From: Tubiluchus corallicola
Taxonomy: Eukaryota > Animalia > Priapulida
Assembly (NCBI GenBank): GCA_030141605.1
Contig: JAQGDQ010000251.1
Location: 124,001 to 188,000, forward strand
Reading direction: 5' to 3'
Length of the DNA: 64,000 nt
Part shown: positions 13,536 through 56,900 of the stretch, in pieces
Numbering within the stretch: position 1 is the first letter of the stretch
How the letters are laid out: every line of letters starts with the position of its first letter
The notes under the pieces: model-generated
Databases searched by the model: none
Seen by the model: only the letters and a program-made list of their open reading frames with translations
What the model was told of the DNA's origin: nothing
Made by a program: the position numbers and the translations under genes

Positions 13536-13911
13536 CAGGGCCTGCAGGCTAATATAGGCTGCAGCCTAGGTCCATCAAGCTTGAGAGGCCCATCAAGCTT
13601 TAGTAACACTTGGTTAAAATTCCTGATTTTCACTACGGTAGTGTTGAAATATGTGCTAATATTTGGTTTGCAAGAGATAGTAAAATACTGGTATTTCTTA
13701 AAGAATATTTTTATTGACAAGCAAAAGATAGCTGTTCTAGTTTATTTAAAGAATTTGCAATAAGTTTACTTCAAATTATGTAATTGTCGCTAAAATATAT
13801 CACGAGTAAAAATATTCAAGTCGGTTGCAGGCGAACTAGAGGGTGGTTCCATATGAGGGTCTCCATAATTTCTCTAACCTAGGGGCCCAGGAAGGTCATA
13901 ATCTGGCCCTG
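13536..13911 (+). mobile_element. hAT-type MITE (family B) with perfect 8-bp TSD
   Basis: Termini CAGGGCC...GGCCCTG flanked by GTTGCAGC at 13528-13535 and 13912-13919. A related inverted copy is at 35903-36309. Confidence 0.85.
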
Positions 13912-15926
13912 GTTGCAGCTATTTTGTAGAAGACATTATAGCACATTTTATTACCTATAGATACCTTCATACTGCTATTTCTAGGATAAACTTGTTGCGT
14001 TAAAGGCTTTCCCAATTGGCATGAGCGATCGTTTAGGTTATGTAAATTTTTTAATGTAAATGACTTTGGTTCACATGGCCCTTGATGATACAGGATTATT
14101 AAAATGCGCACATAAAATAACAAAAAACTAACATTATTACTCAATTATAATGTCTGATTTTATGATGCTAAAAACCTCAGTGGCTGCGATAACTTTGCTA
14201 TCATACAGAATTTGCCAAGTTTTCGTGGGTTTTCGCACAGCAATTTTAGTGTGTTAGTTAGTTGTACAAGAAATTTTTCAGGTAACTGAACAGTGGGTTA
14301 CATGAGCAAAATTTCACAGGAATTGAAATTCGGTTACTCAAGTTTTTCAGTTGGCAAGACCTGCATTTATGTATATTATTTAGGAATGAACCAGCTGTGA
14401 GGCAATAGTATTTTGTTAAGTTAATTAAAATTGCCATTGATAAATATTCCAAGTTAACTATTGTAAATCTACTCCATTTTGGTTTCATTAAACTGTTTAA
14501 CTGTTACATCTCAATGTACTAAATTTTTACTTCACCTCTTTCTGTGAAATCTCTACTCTAAAAATAATACAGCGCTGTAATTCTATAACACCTTTTTAGC
14601 GTAGGTTACATAATGCAATTTTTCATTGTATAATATTCTTCGGGCAGGATCTAAAAGGAAAATGTAATATTTCTAGATCACTTGGCTACCAGTAAATATA
14701 ATAAATGTCAAGCAACATTCTGCACAGCTACACATTTATAAAATGTTACAGATCTAGCTTAGTAATCAATGTTGCATATAAATTCTGTGTGATAGAAACG
14801 AGTGCTTGCAATATAAAATTTGGAATTAGTGTCATTGCATTTGTGTAATACACTGTACATTGTACTGATAACTCAGATGTTGGATGTTGGCTTTGTAGTT
14901 TAACTTCGTTTATTTAAATAATATATTTATACTTTAATGGTAGTCAATAGCCATGTACAGTCAGCAGGTTTAAAGTGTTTATTTATGGCTTTTACAATGT
15001 TACAGTTCTGTAAAAATGTATGATGTGCACATCGTACCTTTCTGTTGTTCCATGTTTTAATAAAATAAACCACAAAAGCAGCTGAAAATTAAAGGCATTT
15101 TATTTATAAATATAGTAAATCAGTGCAATTTCACATTAATAACGTTATCACAGTAATGAATGAGTTGTGACTAGTGATCACTCTTTACTAAAGGCAATAT
15201 GAGCAAGGATGGTGATTTCTCTTTGAATTTTTACCAACTTTTATCTCAGAAATCAAGAATTCGTAGGTTTTTAGTTTGTCAAGAATTCTGCAAAATGCTT
15301 TCCGGGGAAATGTAACAACATGATCAAGAAAAATATTTAAGTTATTATTGCATGTTACACAGAGCATTGCACTTTTGTTCGAAATAAAAGTAAAAATTCA
15401 AAATTACTTTTTTGATAATTTTTTGGAAAACTAAAATAAACAAAACCAAGATTGATGTCCTTAAGGTAGTTAAAAGTAGTGTAACTTGTCCTAAAAGATT
15501 TGACGAGTTTCAATGGCATTTATGCATAGAAGCGTACACATAAGCGTACGTACATACGATGATACACATCACAGATACAGTATGTTTCAAATGCATTCAC
15601 CAAAATGGCAAGGGAAAGTCTGACTAGTCACTGTGTGTGCATAAGTTAAGCAATGCCGAGTCTGGCAGTAAATGGATGAGTTATCAAACAGGAACAATTG
15701 ATTTTCAAACACATTCTGTGCAGGATTATTTGCCTCATTGAGTAAGGATATGAGCATCTTCAGCATCTGCTTGTTCAGCGTTTTGTTTGAGAGGCTTATC
15801 GTTGATAATAAGCTAGGAACCAGTTCTACCTCAATTGTTTACATCAAGTATGCCACTGAGAGCCGAATACTGTCTTAAACAGCTGAAAAAACAGATTACA
15901 GCTTCTATCAGATTTCAACTTGACTA

Positions 15927-16242
15927 CAGTCAAACCTTTTTATACCACCCCCTTTGGGACGGGAAAAAAGTTGGCATTATAGCAAGTTTGGCGTTATAAC
16001 AAGGTGTGTTAAATTTTGCGATAGATGAATCATAGAACAATCAGTCAAGTGTACACAGAGTACTCAAAATTCACTCTAACGGTTAATAAATTAAAAGAAA
16101 ATCATCAAATTAATCATTTGTGAATTCATTACTCACTCAATTACCTTTATCAAACATTTTGTTTACATAATATGTGTCAATTAATATGGTTGGTAAATGA
16201 GTTTGGAAGTATAACGGGAGGCAGCATAACGAAGTTTGACTG
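15927..16242. mobile_element. pogo/Tc1-like MITE
   Basis: TA|CAGTCAAACCTTTTTATA ... ATAACGAAGTTTGACTG|TG; imperfect TIRs beginning CAGTCAAAC. Confidence 0.65.
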
Positions 16243-16423
16243 TGAATTAGAGAGGTACAGATTTGCTGTTTTCCAATGTGAAAAGATTTTACCCTAACAA
16301 AAACACGATCAGCTGATAAGTATCACACTCATGAACTTGCAATCAACACTGCAAATGATAAGAACTGTTTAAATAGATCTCTAACTTCATGATTGCTTCA
16401 CATTCATGCAGACTTCTTTGACA

Positions 16424-47169
<30,746 letters not shown>

Positions 47170-47799
47170 TCATATAACAGGTAAACTCCTTACAAATACT
47201 GAAATTACAACAGGAAATTATTTTCCAACAATACAACTCACTAAAGCAGCAACAAAAGCAACAAATGCAATTGTTTATAGGGCTCAGATCCATTCCAGAG
47301 TTCCAAACTAAATCGAAGACGAATTAAACTGAATTAATGCTTACACAGGAGGGATGCATCATGTGCAGACCAACTTTTTTGGGTCTGCAAATATGAAGGG
47401 TCTTCGAATGGATCCATGGTTATGCAAGATATGTGGGCCCTATAAATTAACTATGCCAGAGACAACACGGGATAAGCCACATATAATTAATAATTTCTAA
47501 AGTTGAGGCAGAATAATTTTCAGGTTATTTACAGAATAACATTTAAAAAAGAAAGAGCCATTAGGTTCATGACTCGGCCAGGTCCACAGCTTTACACGAA
47601 AATGTTGCAGCTCTCCATAAGCATCCGTCTGTTAAACAGCACTTCCAAATCTAAACAGCACCCCTCTAATTGCATTATTTCAATCTTTACTCATTTTGTC
47701 TGTTCCTTCAGCAGCTTTTTTAACTCAAGAGTTATTAATGAAATTATAATATTGCAAGTGTAACCTCTCTCTTTATGTCAACACAGACACACTGCGCTA

Positions 47800-48085
47800 C
47801 GGAACAGAAGGTTTAGTCTAGTGGTAACGCATCCACTTTCCGCCTGGGAGGTCATGAGTTTGATACTGCGGCTGTCTAATACCAAAGAGTTTAAAAATGG
47901 TACCTGCTGTTGACCTGCCTGGTACGTGATATTTAGAGCAAAAGTGGATAATAATAATATCTGTTATGTAGTTGCAGATTTGTTATTTACAGTTATCAAA
48001 AAAAAGCTCTTTGAGCTTATGTTAATTGTTCACCCAAAAGCCGACAAAATAGAAATAAATATTATTATTATTATTATTATTATAT
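47800..48085 (+). mobile_element. tRNA-headed SINE with Meta/MESC-like central domain and (TTA)n tail
   Basis: TAGTCTAGTGGTAA (A-box-like), GAGTTTGATACT (degenerate B box), TACCAAAGAGTTTAAAAATGGTACCTGCTG..CCTGCCTGG, ending in AAATAAAT(ATT)n. Confidence 0.65.
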
Positions 48086-48988
48086 TATAGTACACAGTGA
48101 TGTAGTTACCGTTTGTGTTGTATCTTTTAAAGAACTAGCCAAAACTATTAACGTGCTACCGGAAGTGGGGTGCCACTAAAACAGATTTCTCAACTTTCAC
48201 GGGTCTCACAAATTGAATTCATTGCATGGTACAACATTATTTTTAACGGTAAATAAAAAGATGGTAAATTTTGAGTTTACTCAATAAAAATGAAAAAATG
48301 ACAGCTCTTTAATAAGCTTATTTTGCATGGAAAACGATTGTGAACAACGATCAAATTTAACAAATTGTGTGATGTTTGCTGCTGTTTTAAATTAGTGAAG
48401 TTACTAGAAAATTGTTTAGATGTGCAACTATATTATCAGTTTAACTTTTATTGAGAAAAGGCTCAGTGACACATATAGCAATCATAATTAATGTGGTTTT
48501 AAATCTACGATTTAAAAACTCGAAATTTGCTGTCTCCTACACTTGAGGTTGATACATCTGCAAAAGCTATACACCCTTCCCAACACCAGGCCCGTTCCTT
48601 AGTACTCGAAATATCTTCTCCCATGTGCAATACAGAGATTTCAAGCAGTGTTTATCCCCGCCCACATTGATGATGTAATACACGTTTTCACAAACACTCG
48701 CTGGCTGCAAGTTGATACAGCATATAAGTAGAGGTGAAAAAAATGTTGTCATCTGTCCAAGTCTCTAATTTGAAAATCAGGATAAAAGAGCAAAGTTTAA
48801 AAATGACAGAAAGATAACAGATTGTAAATAATGCATCTTTTATTATATTCATTATTTCGTTGCTTCAGCAATTTACTTTTTGTAATATTAGTAGCATTTG
48901 AAATGTGTTTCAATTGACTAGATTGTTTAAGTAGCATTATTTATTACTATATTATTATTAATAATACTGTTATTAATAAGTTAATAAT

Positions 48989-49656
48989 TGTGTGCTTGCA
49001 AACCAGAACCGTCCATAAGTCAGCATAGTTAAAACTACGTTATGATGCTTCAAAGAAGAATGCACTAAAAATGTGATCAAATTTTATATGTTTTGTTGTT
49101 TTTTTTGTAAAAAAAATGCTAAGTATATTGCATTTTTATATTTTAGCATCAAATTATCAAGAAAATGTCCAAAAAATACTAAAAATTTAATTTTATAACC
49201 ATGTGCCCACATTTCTGGTAGAAACTAGTACTGCAATTGTAAAAAACTTGCATTTTCAAACTCCGATCATAGCTCGTGGAAGCAGCCATTTTGCTACAGG
49301 TTTTCCCTTCTAACAAGCCCAAATCTTTGTCAGGAAAAGCCATCTACTGGATTTAAGCATAACTTCAAGGTTCCTTTGTAAATTCCATAGCAACCACACT
49401 TTCGCAGTGTTGCTAAGTGTTTTGTAGAGAAGCAACAATAAACAATAGCAAACTTTAACAGAGATTTTCCCCAGATTACGTTTTTCAGTGTGTAGCATGC
49501 ACCTCAACTTCAAAGTAGATTATCTCAACTTAGAAATAACATAGAGCAATGAGCTTGGTATCAAAATGATTCTCACGAAATGGAGATTCAGGATATTTGA
49601 ATAACTAGAAAAGCTTAATTGCCGACTTGTGATCGATTTTGCTATGCAAGCACACA
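48989..49656 (-). mobile_element. About 670-bp TIR element (family C), copy 2, inverted
   Basis: TGTGTGCTTGCAAACCAGAACC..CATAAGTCAGCA ... TGCCGACTTGTGATCGATTTTGCTATGCAAGCACACA. It explains the paralogous short ORFs 42833-43048(+) and 49310-49513(-). Confidence 0.85.
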
Positions 49657-50584
49657 ACATATTGTACAGTAAGCCTACTGGTATTTTTTGGTAGTAGCTA
49701 GCACGAAGCAGTTTAGTTTATTATCGGTGGAAAACAGAATACAATGTTTAAAATGTCAGCTTGTATTATATGATAATAAATTATATCATAATTTAATATA
49801 ATATATACATTAATAAATTAGATAAAAGTCAAGTAAGTTAGCCGGGCTAAACTTTGTGACTATTAATAATTACAAAACGTTCAGGCTAGTGTTCATTCAT
49901 ACAGTCATGCGCAACGAACAAAATCTTTAGTTATGCAATACAGTATAGTATTTGAAATATGTTATTTTAGTGCGTTATGTTGACATTTCTACATGTAGCC
50001 AGGTGTAACAATAAAACATTAGGAAACTTCGAGCAGATAGCAGGATTTTTATTAATTTTGAATGGATTGAGCTGTTCATGTTGCTCCTACATGCTTTAAT
50101 GTCGATGATACTTGTCTAAGTGTTTTTTTGGATTGGGGAAAATAACAAGTAATACTTTTTCTAACCCTTCTGGGTACTGAACATCTAACATTACATACAT
50201 GGGCCCCAAGCACAATGCTTCACCATTCTATTATCTCTTTCACTGCTATTTAATGAATTTAATAAGAAGAAAGTATCACGAACACACACTTTCCCTGTAT
50301 ATTATTATGCACTTCACATGCAAATACTGGTGAGCTTGGGAGTAAGTATTGGCATGAGCAAGCAAAAAGCTGTTAGAGTACAGCATGTCTGATTGACCAT
50401 TGCGAGGTAGACCCCTGCTGGTTGATTGAATTTCTGCAATCTATGCATTAACGTGCCTTTCTGATAAGTTAAACAAATCCCATACTTTCGCAAGCAGTAC
50501 TTGTAACCTTGATATAACATATTACCTTTACCTCTAGACATAATTACATTAGTCGCCAGTCATTAGCCATCATGACAATGTGGT

Positions 50585-50880
50585 CGACTGATCAAGAATG
50601 TACAAGATTCTACGTGGACACACTGATATCAACCATGAAACATTCCTCACCTTAACTAAGTCACACTTGTACAAGAGGTCACTCTCTCAAACATTACAAA
50701 CAAAGAGCTTTTCTAATGCTGAAATTGATCGACGGTATTCCCTACCAGAAGAAGTCATAGGACTACAAACGATCGATGGTTTCAAAAATGCACTAGACAA
50801 ATATTTATACACTAAAGATCTCCTATATTAATATCTTTGAGGCGTGACTGGAGACAGAGCACGTTTATTGTAATTATCTA
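50585..50880 (+). mobile_element. CR1/L2-type LINE 3' end remnant
   Basis: MYKILRGHTDI...(RGHS across a frameshift)...YSLPEEVI..TIDGFKNALDKYL, typical of a CR1-group ORF2 C-terminus. Confidence 0.7.
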
Positions 50881-51197
50881 TCCACGAAGAGCACAATGAA
50901 TTGCCTATTATTTATGTTACGATAACTGTCTTGTCATGTCTTGTTATACGACAACTATTGCAACGTGCTCACCGTTATGGTAAGCAGTTATGAAAAGCAG
51001 CAATTACTTCTACCTCTAGAAATAATGTCTCAAAAATTATGAAGGATTGCTAACATTTTGATAGTTAACAACTTAACATGCGACATTAAATTTTTAAAAC
51101 AATTCATCTGGATGTGTGAACATCTAGAATGCAAAATTCGAGCTCTATGCACAAATTTTAGCTATTATTGTAGGATAAAATAAATACATAAAAAAAT

Positions 51198-51286
51198 GTA
51201 TTACGCGACAACAGCACCAGACATGTGTAAATAAAACGTTGCCCTAACAACTTACAACACGTGACTTTTTTGAGCTTCACTATTGG
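51198..51286 (-). promoter_or_regulatory. Candidate LRRC9 promoter: CCAAT + E-box + X-box + forkhead cluster
   Basis: ATTGG 51282-51286 (CCAAT on -), CACGTG 51258-51263, GTTGCCCTAACAAC 51238-51251, GTAAATA 51227-51233 and a GACAAC half-site ending 51212, in a locally CpG-containing patch. Confidence 0.45.
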
Positions 51287-53908
51287 TTATTCAAGTTTTC
51301 CAACACACATCTTTGGTCTCGAAGCTTATGTCTCGAAGTTGTTGGTTTTTTATTGTGCATAACTGGGCCCGGCTTTGTGCATGATTGTAAAATTTCTACC
51401 AAGCTTTTACAATCAGTCTAGAATGTAGATGTAAATTGACTCGCGAATACCGTTTTAACTTGAAGGTGCACAGTTTGTAATGCTTCATTTTACTTGTCAT
51501 TAGATGTCACACACGTTATGCTTAAAACACACTGTTACTAGTATTGGTGTGTTTGGTGTTACCTTGCTAATAGAAATTATAGTAGTTTTAAGACAGTTAA
51601 CGATAAGTGAAACCAAAATCATTTATTAAATGTCAAAATGTGTTTTTTTGCATTGTACTTAAAGCAAAATCTTGCATTAAGATTTTTAGGTGCCCCACGT
51701 ATGTGCAAATTGTTGCATACCTCATAGTTAGGATTCTAGGAAGGCATAGTAAGTGTGAGTTGCTATCAATTAACTGGTCGTAAACTGTAATTATTCATTT
51801 TATGGAAGCAAAGATCAGTCTTATCATAAGAATGACAAATTGACAATATCAGTAAGTAAAACTCGTTACTACTCATTCATGAATTGAATGTATTCAATGA
51901 GACAAATAAAAAACATTAAACACTTTTATTCTTGTTTTCAAACCATAAATTTACAAGCAAACTGCAGCCACACAAAATACCATAACAAATCATTTGCATT
52001 TACTAAGTAGTAAGCAATTGTTTAAAAATAAAAACAAAAATCCATTGAAAGAAACACAAAAAACTGAAAACAAATTTACTAAAATGAAAGAAAACTTCAA
52101 ATCTTATATGCCATGGGGACTAGCAGGCTTTGTATTAAATAATGCAACTACAAAAAATTGCAAGCGATATATGGCGAAACAGTACAAATTAGCCAGGCAT
52201 AGACGATATAGATGTTGTTAGTTTGTTACATTTAACTTCTTTAAAGACAAATATTTTGCCTAAGTTTATGAAACAACAGCTTTTTATATTATTACACACA
52301 TTTTGGTAAAAAAACAAGCTAAAATAGGCATTACCAAACAAAGAAGGCCCTCTTCTGGAAACCTAACGCACAATATTTTTATGTAAGACATATGTATGTT
52401 TACGTTCATAGTAAACAAATATTTGGTAAAACAGAATGAGATCAAGACTAATAATAACAAAAGGAATCAGGCCAGCATGTTCATTAAGATTTGTGCTTTA
52501 CAACCTATGGAATAATGTTGCAAACAACTCTGTCAAATTACTTTTTTAAATCAAATTGCAATTTTGTCTGTTGCTAAATCAAGAGAAAGGAGACAACTTA
52601 TTTTTTGCAAGTGGCTTACTATAACTTAAATAAAACGATGCACAATGACTAATCACTGATATTCACCTGGTGCCAGAACCTGGGTGCGAAACAGGGATAC
52701 ATTAGAAAACCATTTTTTATTTGGAAAATGCATCTAAGCGCAAACTGCACACAGATCTCTTACACACATACAATACCCACTATAACTTCTATGATATTTT
52801 TCTATTAAACAACACATATATACAAAAGCAAAAACTGATCAAACATTTCTAAACAAACTTTACACTGAGCACGGCAACAATTTATGTTTATAACACAAAG
52901 TAAACTAGAATAGCTCCCAGTCAATAACAAACGTACAATTTACTTTTCTTGTAAATAGAAAGTGTACTGTATAATACAAAAATATTTTAAAACTAGTTTT
53001 AGGTTTGATTAAGACAACAAAATTATGTGAAAACTCGCACAGCATTTTACGTTTAGGTTACATTTACACAAACACAACCACGGCAAAAAATCATAGTATT
53101 TTCATATTTGACTTTCGTTACTCCTAGCTAGTCAGCAAAAGGTAAATTTCCCCAGGTAAGATCAAACTAGTAAATGATCAAAATAAGTTTTTTGCTAAAA
53201 ACTTACACATCAAAAATATTATGTTAAACTGTTAAAATATCGTGAGTTTTAGTAGGTAGCTGTCCTCTACTTACCAAGAGCATACAGCAGCCTATTCCTA
53301 CACAAAACATTTTAAGTGTTCCAATAAAGTGTTTTTTACATTCCAACAAATCTAACTGACATATTTCAAATTTAATACAAAACGACTAGATATCTACAAT
53401 GGTGGGTTAGCAATAACTGCCAAGTGTCAAGTCTGAAATATGCTTAAAGGTGGACTAGAGTAGCTGGACATCAATAATAACGTTGAGGCAATGAAACACC
53501 AAGGATCATAAGAAGAAACAGCAGTTCAAGAGCTATTTGTACAGTTATCAATCTATAATCTCAAATCCTTAGTTTATATTCTCATAACTAGAAATGTCAA
53601 AATACCCAGTTAGCAAATGGAGGGATACAATATATATATATATGTAGGTCAAGCTGCACGCTTTTGTAACACCACACGCCTTTGTTACACAAAAATACAT
53701 TGTTACTAATTGTCTAGTAATTGTGGTCGAGTGCAAGTCACCTGCAAGTTGAACGATATTTTATCAGCTAAGTTCTGAATATAGATTCTGCACTGGTATA
53801 CAGAAGTAGCAAAGTTTATAAATATTGAAAATATTGATGTAATATTTATTGTGTTCAGCTTGAAAAGCATATGCAAAAGTAATTCCTAGGTAATGCAACA
53901 GTGCCTGT

Positions 53909-56900
53909 CTAACTGGTTTTCAATCGTTTTGCCTCATGAATCGACGCGTCTCCTGCTCCAGTTTTCGGAGTTGGCATGCTCTAAAAAATAAATGATTTTG
54001 TAATTAGAATTCAAAAATACTGATATGTAATTACCTGCCAGGTCAAAGACTACCGAAACGTGCTTTGGCTACATCAGCAAAATGTTTAGTAGGTACAGAA
54101 AACAAAGTGCTAAACGGAGAAGAAAATGAATAATGCTGCTAATACAGAAAAGTACAGCAAAATAAAAAATGCAGTTTATAATGACTTATAATTTTCATAA
54201 AAATGTTGCATGGATGTAACAAAGTGTAAAAATGTGAATAAGAAATTCAATGCAAAAAGTGCAGATGTGAGCACAAGAAACCCCACATAGTTACCAATAA
54301 TTGATCCATATCTATTGTATCTGTCCAAAGCTGCGTGCAATAAAATTCTAACTGTCAACAGGAATTTGGGGGTAAAACGCCAATATTTTGCTAGGATTAT
54401 TCAGATGCATCACGATGCATAATTAAAAATTATCAGATAAAACTAAGCATGACTGAGTTCAATAAAAAAGAGAAATTTAAGTCAACTCAGCCATCGAACA
54501 CAACTCAAAAGTAGCAAAAAATATTTTAATGATAAGTAAAGTAACACTGAACAACAAACTTCATAAATACTTAGTTGTTGTGCTATGCACAACCTGTTTG
54601 CAACAACAATGACAATAAAAATCATTAGCCTGTCTGTATAACTAAGTCTGTTTAGTAAAATGCTAAACACAGCTTATATTGTATTTTTACTTTTCAGTTA
54701 AATGCTGTAACCAATATGTTCCTACATTACATTTTACAAAATGACATAACAGTTTACCTGTTTAGATGCAGCAGATGAGCTAGCAGCACAAACAGGGGAG
54801 CTAGCGGAACTTGAAGGTGCTGACGTTAAATTGGTGATAGTTTTCCCCATCAACTTATTCAATTTGTTTGTTCCCAATCCAACAAACTACAGATGATGAA
54901 TTAAGAAAATCATTTTACAAACACATGTATCTTCAATAATGTATCGTACATATCATTATTATTAACAAGGAAATAAGTTCCAAAGCTTCCAGAATGCTGA
55001 ATCATGCAGTTTCTCGAACTTTCTGATCGTACTGCGTACCTACCATATAAAATACACTGAAAGAACTGAATAACCTTTCAATCAGGTGTAGAGGAATGTG
55101 TAGGCTATAGTACTACAGGAAGTTATGTCATGTAAAATATACAGAAACTATAAAAACATAACAATACTGCAATTAATCTTACTTCGCCCATTACAGCAAT
55201 TGGAGTCTCATTAGCGGCCTCAGCCACTCTGTGCTCAACAAGATAGAACATGTACTCATCGTAAAGCAAACGTATCAGATGAAATGAACCAAAACTAGCA
55301 GCCGATCGCAATGTCAAATCCCGAATGACCATTGAACTGAAACGCAAATAACATCAGATATAAACCTCAAACCCAAGAAGAAAGTTTTTATTACAATAGT
55401 AACCAAGAGGAATTGTTCAATGTTAAATGAGCGCCAAGGTTTAATCACAGCATATTAGCATCTCATGTGGCACGACACATGTATTGCTTGTTACTGTAAA
55501 AAACTAACTGCAGATTTGGTTTTGAGCAGGACCGGTTCTACCACTACGCAAGATAGACAGTTGTCTAGCATGCTAAATTTTAGGGGGAGCCAAATTTTGG
55601 TATTTCTTTAACATTTAGTTAGTAAGTATGTGTGTAATTTCCTTAAGTGCACAACACTAACTAAGTGAAAGGAATAAGTTGCAGTGTTTTCTAGTCAAAA
55701 ATTTTATTCATCGTAGCAAAACTTTTCCTACTTTTACTTGGTTTCCTAAAATTACATCATTTCAAGCAGACATTACTAACGCTTACCGAGCGTTTGCCTG
55801 CAGTTTCTACGTAATTACTTCTAGAATGATACTTCTGTTAATAAACAGATTCTTACAGTAACATTTTATTTAACTACTGCAGATAAACGTAGAAGAATCG
55901 AAATCTTCAGAACGTGATACAGGAAAAGTAAAAAGCTGGCGAGTCATATAGGGTACAATGGCGTCGAACAATCAAATTTCAAATTCGAGCAGTAATAAAG
56001 TCACTTTCAAATTTAATCAGCACAAGCTGTAAAATACACTGTAATACATACACAAGCCTAACACACAGTATATTACACTTTTTTATAAATTAGACAAGAA
56101 AAATTTAATATTGGGAGCGTGGTGGGGACGACCGTGGGGAAAGGGGTTGACCGTTGAGGAGGGGGCGCTAAAAGTACTTTTTCTAGGGCATCAAACTACC
56201 CAGTGCCGACTCTGATTTTGAAAAATTTGTGCGATGAAAAAGTGCAAATCAGAAATCTTACGTTAAACAGCTGCTGCTGTAAATTGTGACAAGATGCAAT
56301 GAAAGAACTAACACCACAAACTATATCATTGGAAGGCAATACCTATAAAATGACCATTTCAACAGAAACTGACGTGCAGCTTTAGCAAAACTAGATGTTC
56401 GCTCATGAGGCTTTAAAACTTGAGTTACAACTGCCTCCAGCCATTCAGCCCACTGTTCAAGTGAATTCTGTTGCTGTAATGTCATCTTAAAATCACGCTC
56501 CAGTTTTGTAACAGTTTGTTCATCACACTGGCAAACCCAAGATGCCTGTTCCTAAATAATCACCGCAAATATATTACTGCAAATAATGCAAATGGATTAT
56601 ATATTACCATACCAATATCACTTTCTCCTTTTTTTGGAAAATCCCTAAAAATCGTTTGACTGACATAGCCTCAATGTGGTGAAGTAAAGCATTATGTCTG
56701 TACCTTTATTGTAATCTAGCACACTGGCACCTTAGATGCTAACATTTCTTATAAGCATGTTTTGTTATAAAATATCATTATATAGAATCAGTTTCAGGTT
56801 CAATTAATCGATCACAAAAAGAGGGTGCTTTACTTGTGTACTTTAGTGACCAAAGCACACTCTTAGTTAGACTAAATCAGAAGTATATATAATACTATTA

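Noticed and set aside
47278-47466. X-boxes immediately upstream of the LRRC9 ATG exon (GGATCCATGGTTAT, TATGCCAGAGACAAC)
   Set aside because: Two or more mismatches each; the first lies in a small TAGGGC...GCCCTA MITE-like element.
48158-48168. ETS/GABP motif CCGGAAGTG as promoter
   Set aside because: Isolated motif in a repeat-like stretch next to a SINE tail; no other support.
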